Positions 9,476 to 18,914 of a DNA stretch of 64,000 bases are shown in pieces (positions within the stretch are counted from its first letter, which is position 1; each line of letters begins with the position of its first letter). The stretch is from an uncultured Alphaproteobacteria bacterium. Lineage in GTDB: Bacteria; Pseudomonadota; Alphaproteobacteria; Rhizobiales; Beijerinckiaceae. The notes below the pieces were generated by a model. It ran no database searches and was not told the origin of the DNA. It saw nothing but the letters and a program-made list of their open reading frames with translations. The position numbers and the translations under genes were made by a program. The stretch spans positions 843,720-907,719 of the forward strand of contig CAVRWF010000001.1 in the NCBI GenBank assembly GCA_963724845.1, given 5' to 3'.

Positions 9476-10300
9476 ATTCGCCTCAAGTCTTCCGTTCGCT
9501 CGCAGGCGATTACATTCTCACAGATTTGTCATTCTTTCAAAATGCCCATTTGGGTAATCTCGCAATCAATGACCTCGCGATCATTCACAGAATCCCCCAC
9601 GCTGATTGGTATGAGAACCGCTTCAAGGAAGTAGAACCAACTGCCTAGGTAGTTGCCGAGCGGCGTCATGACGCAATAGATTTTTGTTGTTCATCAAATC
9701 AACCGCTCCAGGATTCCTGTAAATGAGTTTCGTCGAAGTTTCCGAGGGATCGAATGCGAAATCGTCGAAATACGGGCGATCTTGTCAAGCTTCTGGCGGC
9801 GATCGCCATTCTGGCAGTGACATCCGTTCCCATGGCGGCGTCACTTACCAGACACAGCAGCTCGGGGACCGGGCTGCCGGAATGGAACAGCCAGCGGTAG
9901 TGACGCCACGACTGCTCGAAAGAGCGGCGCTTGGCACGGCCGAGCGTTTCAGGCGCTATGACCGCGGTGTGAGTAGCCAGATCGGAACGACAAATTTCTC
10001 CCCTTGTTTCCCGCCTTTGCGGCAGCATAAACAGCAATAGCTGCGCGGCCCCCTTGTTCTACCAGAGGATTAGTTGCCGGCAATTCTATTGCAATCGCTT
10101 TGTGCAATTCGGTCGGCACGTTCATCTGCCCTGATTCTGCATCAAGACGGCAGAAATCATCCCATTGCTCGAATCCTCGTCCCGAAACTCGATTGGTTTC
10201 GCCTCCGACGACACAGTAGCTTGTCCATTTCCCGACGAAACTGTTTTATTGTAGGAAATCTCGACCATAAGTTGGCTGAGTTGCGCGGAAGGAAGGAAAC

Positions 10301-10886
10301 ATGACTCAAGGAGATCGAGAATCTCTATCGGCGCGGGAAGTGGTCGGTGTCTTCAGTGACGCGAACGCGCTCGAAACTGCAGCCAGTGAATTGCTGGCTT
10401 CTGGCTTCGAGCGGACGAGAATTCAGCTTGCTCGCAGGCGAGAGCGCTATTGTTGAGAAACTCGGCCACAAATACGAAAAGGTCGAGGAACTTGAGGACA
10501 ACCTGGAAATTCCGAGAACAGTCTACCGATCGAAGGAGACATTTGATTTGGCGAAGGGGGCGCTCCTGGGCAGTTTGGTGTCAATTGGCGCCTTCGCCGC
10601 AGCTGGAGCAATCTTCGCCTCGGGCGGAGCCTTGGCTGTGACGCTCGGGAGTGGCCTGCTGGGGGCTGAAGTTGGTGGTTTTATCGGTGGGGTTCTCGGT
10701 GAGCTTGTCGAGGTCCACCATGCAGAATATCTCCAGGACCAGCTAGACCACGGCGGTCTCCTGCTGTGGGTGCGAACCACGGGGAACGCCGAGGAAAGCT
10801 CCGCTAAGCAAATACTGTCGCGGCATTCTGGACGGGATGTGCACGCTCATACGATTCCCACAAGAGCGGAGGCGCATCGCGTGTGA
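10301..10886 (+). pseudogene. Glycine-zipper membrane/stress-type protein interrupted by an apparent 1-nt frameshift near 10415-10425
   Basis: ATG 10301 has a strong SD (GGAAGGAAAC) and encodes MTQGDRESLSAREVVGVFSDANALETAASELLASGFERTRI, then hits a stop at 10456. The conserved continuation SLLAGESAIVEKLGHKYEKVEELED...GGLLLWVR is in the frame of the track ORF 10347-10886. Removing one nt around att-c-agc joins them. Confidence 0.6.
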
Positions 10887-10988
10887 GTGGAATATTTATC
10901 GTGCTTGCAATATCCCGGTAATCTTCGATCTGCAAGCCATCAGCGACCTGATTTCCCGTCGCTGAATGCGACGCCATGAAAGTGAGCG

Positions 10989-11519
10989 ATGGCGCGTAAC
11001 CAGGAGAAAAGCGGCAGCATCGGAAATTGTGTGAACTGGATTGTCGTGTGCATTGTTCTTGCGGGCCTTTTTTGGCCAAGAACTCCCGGCGTAGTTCTGA
11101 TGGGACTCGCTTTCATCGGGTTGCTCCATCTGGCCGTGCTCGTTTATGAGCAGATCACAGAAGCCAGGTTCGACGAGAATATGAGCCCCGAAGAGTTCGA
11201 GCACTATTGCGCCGCTGTATTGCGTGAGATGAAGTGGAAAGCTCGGGTCACACAAGCCAGTGGCGACCAAGGTGTGGACATCGTCGCCGATAAGCGCCGT
11301 ATGCGCATTGTGATTCAGTGCAAAAAGTATTCAAAGCCCGTCGGAAACCGAGCAGTTCAAGAGATTGTCGCGGCCATAGCTCATGAGGGGGCGCAGCGAG
11401 GCGTTGTCGTCACCACCAGCGCCTATACGCCAGCTGCGGAAAAGCTGGCCGCTTCGAATCAGGTGCTGCTGCTTCATCACGCAGACTTACGCAGAATCGA
11501 CAGGCTTTTAGCCCGGTAA
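10989..11519 (+). CDS. Membrane-anchored Mrr-cat (restriction-endonuclease-like) domain protein
   Basis: Two N-terminal hydrophobic helices followed by FEHYCAAVLREMKWKARVTQASGDQGVDIVAD...IVIQCKKYSKPVGNRAVQEI, the D-x(n)-(Q/E)xK PD-(D/E)xK pattern of the Mrr_cat family. Confidence 0.7.
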   Translation: MARNQEKSGSIGNCVNWIVVCIVLAGLFWPRTPGVVLMGLAFIGLLHLAVLVYEQITEARFDENMSPEEFEHYCAAVLREMKWKARVTQASGDQGVDIVADKRRMRIVIQCKKYSKPVGNRAVQEIVAAIAHEGAQRGVVVTTSAYTPAAEKLAASNQVLLLHHADLRRIDRLLAR

Positions 11520-11670
11520 TCGAACTGCGAGACCTTCTAAGCGTCTTTATTAGGCGCCTCATCTGCGATGGTTCCGGCAGCGTCATAGCGAGGGGAGCCG
11601 CGAAGCGGTCGAAAGTGTTTTGGATGCTTGCGTTCGACGCCCATGGGCCAATATATGATGGTCTGGGAAA

Positions 11671-12498
11671 ATGAGGTATTGCATGCAAATTCGTGCGGGT
11701 TATGAGATTTCCTATGACTGCCCGCAACCGACGCCGATGATTTTGACGCTCAGCGTCCATCCGTCTCGCTTCGCCGATCTTTTAAGCCCCGACCGGATGC
11801 GGCTCGACCCGCCAATACCCGCCAACACATATCACGACAGTTTCGGAAACTTCTGTCATGTAATTCGGGCTCCGACTGGCCGGCTTACCGTTTCAGCGGA
11901 CTTTCTCGTGCATGACGATGGCGAACCGGACGCAATCGTACCGCAGGCGGAGCAGCATGCGCTGGAAGATTTGCCGGTGGAAGTGCTGATTTATCTGCTG
12001 GGCAGCCGGTATTGCGAAACGGATCGCTTATCGGATACGGCGTGGTCGCTTTTTGGGCAGGTTCCGAAGGGGTGGCCGCTGGTGAAGGCGATTTGCGACT
12101 ATGTCCACGACCGCATCAGCTTTGGCTACCAATACGCGAGCCCGACCAAAACGGCTTGGGACGCTCATTCCGAGCGGCGCGGAGTTTGCCGCGATTTCGC
12201 GCATCTCGCCATCACCTTATGCCGCTGTATGAACGTGCCGGCGCGCTACTGCACGGGCTATCTCGGTGACATCGGTGTGCCGGTCGACCCCGCACCCATG
12301 GATTTTAGTGGTTGGTTCGAAGTTTATCTTGGCGGTAACTGGTACACGTTCGACGCCCGCCACAACAAGCCGCGCATCGGGCGTATTCTAATGGCGCGTG
12401 GACGCGACGCCACCGACGTCGCGATTGTGACTTCATTCGGTCCCTGCACGCTTGCAAGCTTCAAGGTTATTACCGAGGAGACGCGCGTGCAGGCGTAG
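11671..12498 (+). CDS. Transglutaminase-like cysteine protease family protein (Bact_transglu_N plus core)
   Basis: The N-terminal domain pattern is IRAGYEISYDCPQPTPMILTLSVHP. The core has the catalytic Cys context RRGVCRDFAHLAITLCRCMNVPARYCTGYL. The start may be ATG 11683. Confidence 0.75.
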   Translation: MRYCMQIRAGYEISYDCPQPTPMILTLSVHPSRFADLLSPDRMRLDPPIPANTYHDSFGNFCHVIRAPTGRLTVSADFLVHDDGEPDAIVPQAEQHALEDLPVEVLIYLLGSRYCETDRLSDTAWSLFGQVPKGWPLVKAICDYVHDRISFGYQYASPTKTAWDAHSERRGVCRDFAHLAITLCRCMNVPARYCTGYLGDIGVPVDPAPMDFSGWFEVYLGGNWYTFDARHNKPRIGRILMARGRDATDVAIVTSFGPCTLASFKVITEETRVQA

Positions 12499-12543
12499 TT
12501 ACTTATCTCGCCGCACAATTTTCTAGCCTTCGGAAAATACCTT

Positions 12544-14619
12544 ATGCCGCATGTCGAAAATCCTCTGCTGATGCCGTGGCCAGGCGCCCATGCTCTTCCG
12601 CCTTTTCGAGCGATCGCGGCGCCTGATTACCGTCCGGCGTTCCAGCGCGCGATTGAGCAACATCGCGCCGAGATCGACCGCATAGTCGAAAATCCGGCGC
12701 TTCCGGATTTCGACAATACCATAGCGGCGCTGGAGCGTTCGGGACGGGCATTGCGGCAAGTCGAGGCCGTGTTCTGGAATATTTGCGCCACCGATTCCAC
12801 TCCCGAGCTTGAGGAAATCGAACGCGAAATGTCCGGCGCACTGGCGCGGCACGTTAGCGAAACCTCGATGAACGCCGCGCTTTTCGCCCGTATCGATGCA
12901 CTGCACGCTCGGCGCGAGAAGCTCGGGCTAACGTCCGAGCAGTTGCGTGTGCTGGACCTCATCCATAAGGATTTCGTGCGCGCGGGCGCGCGGCTTCAAG
13001 GCGACGAGCGCGCGCATATGACCGCGATTGTCGAGCGGCTCGCGCAGCTTGGCGCCGTCTTTTCCCAAAATGTTCTGGCTGATGAAGCCGCCTTCTTGCT
13101 GCTGCTTGAACAAAACGATCTTGAAGGGCTTTCTGAAAGCTTCCGCGCCTCTGCAGCTGCGCTTGCAGCCGAACGCGGCTCTAGCGGCAAATATGGCGTC
13201 TCTCTTTCGCGCTCCTCAGTCGAGGCCTTTCTGCAAGGCGCTTCGCGACGTGATCTCCGCAAGCTGGCCTTCAACGCTTGGGTCAGCCGTGGTGAAATGT
13301 GCGGAGAAACGGACAATCGCGCCATCATAGCCGAAATCCTGAGGCTTCGAGACACCCGTGCGCGGCTGCTCGGCTATGACAATTTCGCGTCCTACAAGCT
13401 TGACGACTCTATGGCCAAAACGCCCGGCGCCGTGCGCGCTCTTCTCGAGAGCGTCTGGGTGGCCGCGTTGGATCAGGCGAAAAAGGAGCGCGCTGCTTTA
13501 CAAGAAAGCGTCGAAGAAGAGGGTGCGAATGTTCGACTTGCCGCCGCAGACTGGCGATATTACGCGGAGCGCGTGCGCAAGGAACGATACGATCTCGATC
13601 AGGCGGAAATCGCACCGTATTTCCAGCTAGACAATATGATCGCCGCGGCCTTCCATGTGGCCGAGCGCCTTTTTGGACTGCGCTTCGTCGAGCAGCATGG
13701 ATTTGAACTCTATAATTCCGAAGTGCGCGCATTCGACGTGTTGAACGAGAAGGGGGAGCACGTAGCGCTCTTTCTTGGCGATTACTTTGCGCGCCCATCG
13801 AAACGCGGCGGCGCCTGGATGTCGGAGTTCCGCACTCAGGAAAAACTTGTTGGCGACATTCGCCCCATCGTCGTCAATGTCATGAATTTCACGAAAGCCC
13901 CTATTGGCGCGCCACAGCTGCTCAGCCTCGACGATGCGCGCACTTTATTTCATGAATTCGGCCATGCGCTGCACGGTATGCTATCCAACGTCACCTATCC
14001 ACGCGTCGCGGGGACGAATGTGGCGCGCGACTTTGTTGAACTTCCCTCGCAGCTTTATGAGCACTGGCTTCTGGAACCCAGTGTGCTGCGCCGTTTCGCC
14101 GTCCATGCGCAGACAGGCGAAACCCTTGGGGAGGACGTGCTGGCGCGCATTATCGCCTCGCGTAATTTCAATCAGGGCTTTGCAACTGTGGAGTTTTGCG
14201 CCTCGGCTTTCGTTGATCTCGATCTGCATGAACGAAATCAGAAGGACGAGATAGATGTGGACGAGCTTGAACGAGCCAGTCTTGCGCGCATCAATATGCC
14301 CCAGGACATTATCATGCGACACCGCCCTCCGCATTTCTCCCACATCTTTTCGGGCGATGCATACTCGTCCGGCTACTACAGCTATCTTTGGGCCGAGGTT
14401 CTTGATGCCGACGCGTTCGAGGCCTTCAAAGAAGCCGGCGATCCCTTCTCGCAAGAAGTGGCGCGGAATCTGTATGAACACATTTACGCAGCAGGTGGCT
14501 GCGTGGATGCGAGAGACGCCTATATCGCATTTCGCGGACGAATGCCGACGGTTGAACCTCTGTTGCGTCAGCGCGGACTAGTGCCGGGGCCGGGCGAATC
14601 AAATATCTGCGAAAATTGA
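12544..14619 (+). CDS. dcp: M3-family zinc metallopeptidase, peptidyl-dipeptidase Dcp-like
   Basis: 691 aa with the HEFGHALH zinc motif and M3 family-wide similarity (FLGDYFARPSKRGGAWM, YSYLWAEVLDADAF). Confidence 0.85.
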   Translation: MPHVENPLLMPWPGAHALPPFRAIAAPDYRPAFQRAIEQHRAEIDRIVENPALPDFDNTIAALERSGRALRQVEAVFWNICATDSTPELEEIEREMSGALARHVSETSMNAALFARIDALHARREKLGLTSEQLRVLDLIHKDFVRAGARLQGDERAHMTAIVERLAQLGAVFSQNVLADEAAFLLLLEQNDLEGLSESFRASAAALAAERGSSGKYGVSLSRSSVEAFLQGASRRDLRKLAFNAWVSRGEMCGETDNRAIIAEILRLRDTRARLLGYDNFASYKLDDSMAKTPGAVRALLESVWVAALDQAKKERAALQESVEEEGANVRLAAADWRYYAERVRKERYDLDQAEIAPYFQLDNMIAAAFHVAERLFGLRFVEQHGFELYNSEVRAFDVLNEKGEHVALFLGDYFARPSKRGGAWMSEFRTQEKLVGDIRPIVVNVMNFTKAPIGAPQLLSLDDARTLFHEFGHALHGMLSNVTYPRVAGTNVARDFVELPSQLYEHWLLEPSVLRRFAVHAQTGETLGEDVLARIIASRNFNQGFATVEFCASAFVDLDLHERNQKDEIDVDELERASLARINMPQDIIMRHRPPHFSHIFSGDAYSSGYYSYLWAEVLDADAFEAFKEAGDPFSQEVARNLYEHIYAAGGCVDARDAYIAFRGRMPTVEPLLRQRGLVPGPGESNICEN

Positions 14620-14851
14620 TTTTTAAAAAGGGCAGCCGCGACGGCCATCGAGAGTTTCAATGCGGAAAAATGAGATGCGGTCGGGCTGACGATTGTGAGA
14701 TGATAGTCACCCAAAGCGAGGCATGGCTTTTACCTTTGTCGAACACAAAAAGTAACCGCGGAGAAGTTCAAGCTGCCCCGCGGTCCGTACTTTGGCGGAA
14801 TGGCATTTCGGTCATTTTGAGACGAAGAACGCGGAAAGTTTTACAGAGGCG

Positions 14852-15085
14852 TCAAAGGAACATGCCGAAAATTCCTGACAGGATCGCCATGACCATCGTG
14901 GTCGCTACGACGATGCCGGTTTCGCCCGTCGCCCAAAGGGCGAGGATCAACCCCAAAATGCCACCTCCTGCAGCGCAAATGAGGACATTTGGGGTTAAAG
15001 CAAACTGCATCTCGCGCATGCCGGCATACTTATCTGCTTGTTTTGCCGTTATGTCAGCATTTTTATCTAATTTATAGTCGTTCAT
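14852..15085 (-). CDS. Small membrane protein (77 aa)
   Basis: The internal ATG at 15085 is preceded by GGAGGAAG. The C-terminal half is two hydrophobic, glycine-rich spans. Confidence 0.4.
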   Translation of the reverse strand: MNDYKLDKNADITAKQADKYAGMREMQFALTPNVLICAAGGGILGLILALWATGETGIVVATTMVMAILSGIFGMFL

Positions 15086-15365
15086 AACTTCCTCCCCTAT
15101 GTGCTGGACGCCCGCTTCAGGTCGCACGATGAAGAGCGTTGAAGCTGAAAGCTTGGCTGATCTAAGCACCGGCACAGGTCGAAGGAAGTAGTGCGACTAA
15201 GGTCGAATTCAAGGCGTGGCCTGCTTTGAAGTGCGAACACCCGAAAGTTGCGCCACTTCCTTTCGCAGCGCAAGACATTGACTACCTGCGGCTGGTCCAG
15301 CTTCAAGGCAGACGCGCCGACGCCGCGACTGCTATCGCGACACCGGCTGGCGAATGTTGCGAAAG

Positions 15366-16550
15366 TCATCGACGCGTCCTTTTTAGCACTTGACTTGGAA
15401 TGGATGCGTCTTTGCTGGCGGCTTCTGCTTTCGATGCGCCCTCGCCAGTATAGAGGTCGGATGCGCCAGCTGCTGGTGGATGCGGAGGAGCCGTTGAATC
15501 GTTTGTCGTGGTTCCACTTGCGGGGCAAGATTGGTTGAAAGGATTTCCGATCGTGCCGTGAGTCGACACCACGTTATTGTCGACGTAATTCTGGGCGCCG
15601 GGTCCGTAACAAATGAGCCCATATTGGAAGTGTCGCACATCATTGCCGGTAATCTGTCCCTTAGACGCTTCAGTACCTGCGCCCGAGTTCTCAGCTCCCA
15701 TCCCCGCCAATAACCTTCCGTCCGCAGTTAGTCCATCGGCGTAGTTGTTGCTGAACGTTGTGGAAATACCCCCATCGCAAACGATCGAATAGGCAGCGCT
15801 GTTGCTATTAGATGGCGGGTTTCCGTCCAGATCATTGTTCCATCCGCCGCCCCACCAGTTGTGATCAATGATCATATTGGCGCAACTGCCGAACTGTTGA
15901 GTATCCTGGATCTCCATGCCCATGCGATGGGTGCCTCCCATACCCCAGTTGTAGGAAAAAACATTGTTTTGACCAGAGACCTTGTTGGAGGCGCCATGCC
16001 CGAAGGAGAAACTGATATCCTGCCAATTGTTTCGAAACGCATTATAGGAGATCGTGCTGTTGTTAAGCCAACCGCCGCCTAGAGCAGCTGGGCGACTATT
16101 GTTGTTGTTGATGTTCAGAAAAGTATTGTGGGTGATATGGGATGACTGCAACGCCAGAGCGTTGATCGCGGCATTGTCAAAGATGCAGTTTGTCACCGTG
16201 ATATTGGTCGTATCGGCAGCGTTATGGCCAATCAGCTGTAGCCCGGCGCTAGAGCCGTCGCCGAGCGTGGAGAAATACAGATTGCTGATGGTGATGTTGC
16301 TCGCAGGTCCGATGACCGTAACCAAAGTACGGACTCGACTGCTTTGCCCAACGATTTTAGCGGCGATCTGGCCGTTAATCAGCGTCGAGGTGTAGGTGAT
16401 GCCGCTTTTAAGCCGGACAGCGCCGTTGCTGATCTTGAACGTGCCGGGACGAAAAAGGATGGTGTCGCCTGCGGCAGCGCGTGCGATTACCGACATTATA
16501 GCGATTCTGTCGTCACTGCAATTGCAAGGAGGGAGGTCCCATATTGTCAT
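15366..16550 (-). CDS. Right-handed parallel beta-helix repeat protein, paralog A
   Basis: Repetitive N/G/T-rich beta-helix rungs (NITISNLYF, NITVTNCIF, SHITHNTF, STISYNAF). Clearly homologous to 43103-44236. Start chosen at ATG 16550 (SD GGGGGA), giving MTIWDLPPCNCSDD, which parallels the paralog. No N-terminal signal peptide seen. Confidence 0.65.
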   Translation of the reverse strand: MTIWDLPPCNCSDDRIAIMSVIARAAAGDTILFRPGTFKISNGAVRLKSGITYTSTLINGQIAAKIVGQSSRVRTLVTVIGPASNITISNLYFSTLGDGSSAGLQLIGHNAADTTNITVTNCIFDNAAINALALQSSHITHNTFLNINNNNSRPAALGGGWLNNSTISYNAFRNNWQDISFSFGHGASNKVSGQNNVFSYNWGMGGTHRMGMEIQDTQQFGSCANMIIDHNWWGGGWNNDLDGNPPSNSNSAAYSIVCDGGISTTFSNNYADGLTADGRLLAGMGAENSGAGTEASKGQITGNDVRHFQYGLICYGPGAQNYVDNNVVSTHGTIGNPFNQSCPASGTTTNDSTAPPHPPAAGASDLYTGEGASKAEAASKDASIPSQVLKRTRR

Positions 16551-16720
16551 GTCAGTCCCCCGAATTTGATGGCGCTCAAGCGGCGGCGCCTCGATCACAA
16601 CAATTACGAAGCGGTTGATCAAGCTTTTTTGTTCGGACATGCTCCAGGCAAGAATTTAGAGCGCTTGTTCACGAGCAGACAATTCGAACGTATGAGCTGC
16701 GACTGAGGGAAATTGAAAAA

Positions 16721-17005
16721 ATGCGGTTTAGCGACTGTGATTTTAGATCGGCCGTTGCTGGTCTCTTTTTAGCTTCTTCTCCCATCGCTTCTTGCGCTAT
16801 GGGTGGTCCATGGCCGTCTGATCTGGACCTTGTTTGCAGCGGAAACAGCTACGCGAAAGGCGGCGATCCATTTCCGACCACCGAAACTGTTTCCTTTCGT
16901 AAGGAAGGGAAAAAGCCGATCTTAATTGGCTTGCCAGAGTCGGATAAGCCGACGAAAGCGCACATAATATCGAGTAACCCGATACAGCTAAAATATATCG
17001 AGTAA
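16721..17005 (+). CDS. Small putative lipoprotein-like ORF, apparently truncated by a 28-bp tandem duplication
   Basis: 94-aa ORF with a hydrophobic N-terminus and a lipobox-like PIASC. The stop at 17003-17005 lies inside the second copy of the duplication. Confidence 0.3.
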   Translation: MRFSDCDFRSAVAGLFLASSPIASCAMGGPWPSDLDLVCSGNSYAKGGDPFPTTETVSFRKEGKKPILIGLPESDKPTKAHIISSNPIQLKYIE

Positions 17006-17024
17006 CCCGATACAGCTAAAATTC
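16969..17024. repeat. Tandem direct duplication, 2 x 28 bp (atcgagtaacccgatacagctaaaat + 2 nt)
   Basis: Read directly: 16969-16996 and 16997-17024 are identical at 26 of 28 positions. Confidence 0.9.
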
Positions 17025-17271
17025 GCCGCCGGAGGCTTGACCGGTGAATATTTCAATTTTACGGGCGATTTGTTTCTCTTCCATAAGGACGGGCGTTTCA
17101 CGAGACTCGTTTGCAAGCCAAAAGCATGAGCTTCAAGCGCCGCATTATACGGAGACGACAGGATTAGCGCGTCAGACGCATCAAAAAACCGCGCAACATG
17201 CGCTGCGCGGCATCTTTGTTGGCTGTTCGCTATTCATATAGGATGCGCCAAGGTGTCACCCGCTCGCGACC

Positions 17272-17391
17272 TCAACCCAGATGCGAAATAACCGGGGCCA
17301 GGGAAATGAGTGTAAAGATCAAGGCGATTGCGCCAATAACCCACACAAGGCCTTTAAGGCGAGTATTTACGCTGCCGCTGGTGCTGCTCAT
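17272..17391 (-). CDS. Candidate 39-aa single-TM micro-protein (MSSTSGSVNTRLKGLVWVIGAIALIFTLISLAPVISHLG)
   Basis: Below the ORF-track cutoff. AAGGAGAAAAAA lies immediately upstream of the ATG on the minus strand, and there is a clear hydrophobic span. Confidence 0.4.
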   Translation of the reverse strand: MSSTSGSVNTRLKGLVWVIGAIALIFTLISLAPVISHLG

Positions 17392-17611
17392 TTTTTTCTC
17401 CTTGGACACGCCTGCGACTAAAGTCGCATAAGCCGAGCGCAGGATGTCCAGAAAAGCTGCAGCCTATGTTCCACCACTACGCGTGACGTAGGACTTACAC
17501 AAGCTGCACTTGGGAGCGGAAGCAGCGGCATGCTGTCGCAGCATAGGCGGCGCTTCGATTAAATTGCGTTATAGTCTTCCCAGAAAAAACTGCGGGCGCG
17601 CGCGAGCGATA

Positions 17612-18412
17612 ATGAACAAGATATCATGCAGTCTTTTGACGGCCGACGATCCGGCGCCGTTCACAGTGCACAATGCAAAAGGACTGTCGCCTTTCGTCAT
17701 TGTGGTCGATCACGCAGGCAATTTGACGCCGCGCGCGTTGGGTCGGCTGGGACTACCGGAAAGCGAATGGGATCGCCACATCGCCTGGGACATTGGTATT
17801 GCTGCGGTTGCTCGTTTTCTGGCGGACGCGATGGACGCCACCTTAGTCCAGCAAAATTATTCGCGCCTGGTCATCGACTGTAACCGCGCTCCCGGCTCGG
17901 AGACTTCCATCGCAAAAATCAGCGAGTTAACACTGATACCCGCTAATATTGGCTTGAACAAAGATCACAAGGACAAGCGCTTTCGCGAAATATTTCAACC
18001 ATACCACGGTCGGATCGGATCCGAGCTCGACCGACGGCGGCTCGCGGGTCAGCGCACTGCATTGATCGCGATGCACAGTTTCACCCCGGTTTTTCTTGGC
18101 GCGACGCGGCCTTGGCATGTCGGCGTGCTTTACAATCGGGATCCACGCTTCGCCAATGTCCTGATGGATGCGCTAAATCGCGAAGCAGGACTGCTCGTTG
18201 GCGATAACGAGCCTTATAGTGTGAGCGATGCATCGGATTACACGATCCCCGTGCACGGCGAACGACGCGGTCTGATCCACGTCGAGATCGAGATTCGTCA
18301 GGATCTGATCACTGACGAGACCGGACAGCAAGCATGGAGCGCTTTACTCGCGCGCTTGTTACCCGGCGCGTATCAAACGCTGCTCGAATTTAGCGGAACC
18401 AACTCCGATTGA
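17612..18412 (+). CDS. N-formylglutamate amidohydrolase (FGase) family protein
   Basis: The pattern FVIVVDHAGN...IAWDIG...NYSRLVIDCNR...MHSFTP...DNEPYS is typical of the FGase/HutG-like family. Start at ATG 17612. Confidence 0.75.
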   Translation: MNKISCSLLTADDPAPFTVHNAKGLSPFVIVVDHAGNLTPRALGRLGLPESEWDRHIAWDIGIAAVARFLADAMDATLVQQNYSRLVIDCNRAPGSETSIAKISELTLIPANIGLNKDHKDKRFREIFQPYHGRIGSELDRRRLAGQRTALIAMHSFTPVFLGATRPWHVGVLYNRDPRFANVLMDALNREAGLLVGDNEPYSVSDASDYTIPVHGERRGLIHVEIEIRQDLITDETGQQAWSALLARLLPGAYQTLLEFSGTNSD

Positions 18413-18704
18413 GGTTTTAGCGGCCGCTCCAGACGTCAGTCCCGCCTATCTCCGCCGGTGTGCTGTTGCTTCTGTCGCTCGGGTTCACTTACTCGCCGCA
18501 TACAATGTTGGAAGCGGCAAGTTTGATCGGCAAGGGTAGCGAGAAAATAAGCGGCTGAATGCAGGCTCGCGGTTCGGCCATTGCCTCACGAAAAAATGGC
18601 TCCCGTCTTTATGCGACCCTTACACGTTAGCCTCGTATTCCGAATAGCGCCTTTATGGCGATCGTTCCTATATCAGCTGAGCAATCCTGCGGTAGGAGCA
18701 AATC

Positions 18705-18788
18705 ATGTCAGATTTCGTTTATGTCGGCCTGGGAATTTTACTGTTTGTCCTGGTGAGCGCTTATGCGCGCGTTTGCGGGCGTCTTTAG
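18705..18788 (+). CDS. Candidate 27-aa hydrophobic peptide upstream of kdpF (MSDFVYVGLGILLFVLVSAYARVCGRL)
   Basis: GGAG lies 8 nt upstream of the ATG. It ends 13 nt before kdpF and is below the ORF-track cutoff. Confidence 0.3.
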   Translation: MSDFVYVGLGILLFVLVSAYARVCGRL

Positions 18789-18801
18789 AGGGGAATGCGC
18801 C

Positions 18802-18888
18802 ATGTATGAACCCATTATCGGTTTGGGCGTCGCCATCCTGCTTGGCGGCTATCTCATTTACACTCTCCTTCATCCCGAGAAGTTCTGA
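18802..18888 (+). CDS. kdpF: K+-transporting ATPase small subunit KdpF
   Basis: The 28-aa [28 protein letters not shown] has the KdpF-like YLxYxLxxPExF C-terminus and lies directly upstream of kdpA. Confidence 0.6.
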   Translation: MYEPIIGLGVAILLGGYLIYTLLHPEKF

Positions 18889-18914
18889 CGACCCGAGCCT
18901 CAAAAGGTGACATC

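Noticed and set aside
9699-10040. Mutually antisense ORF pair (112 aa on minus, 105 aa on plus)
   Set aside because: Neither has an SD or a recognisable family, and the two cover the same DNA. They are probably non-coding or a decayed gene remnant.
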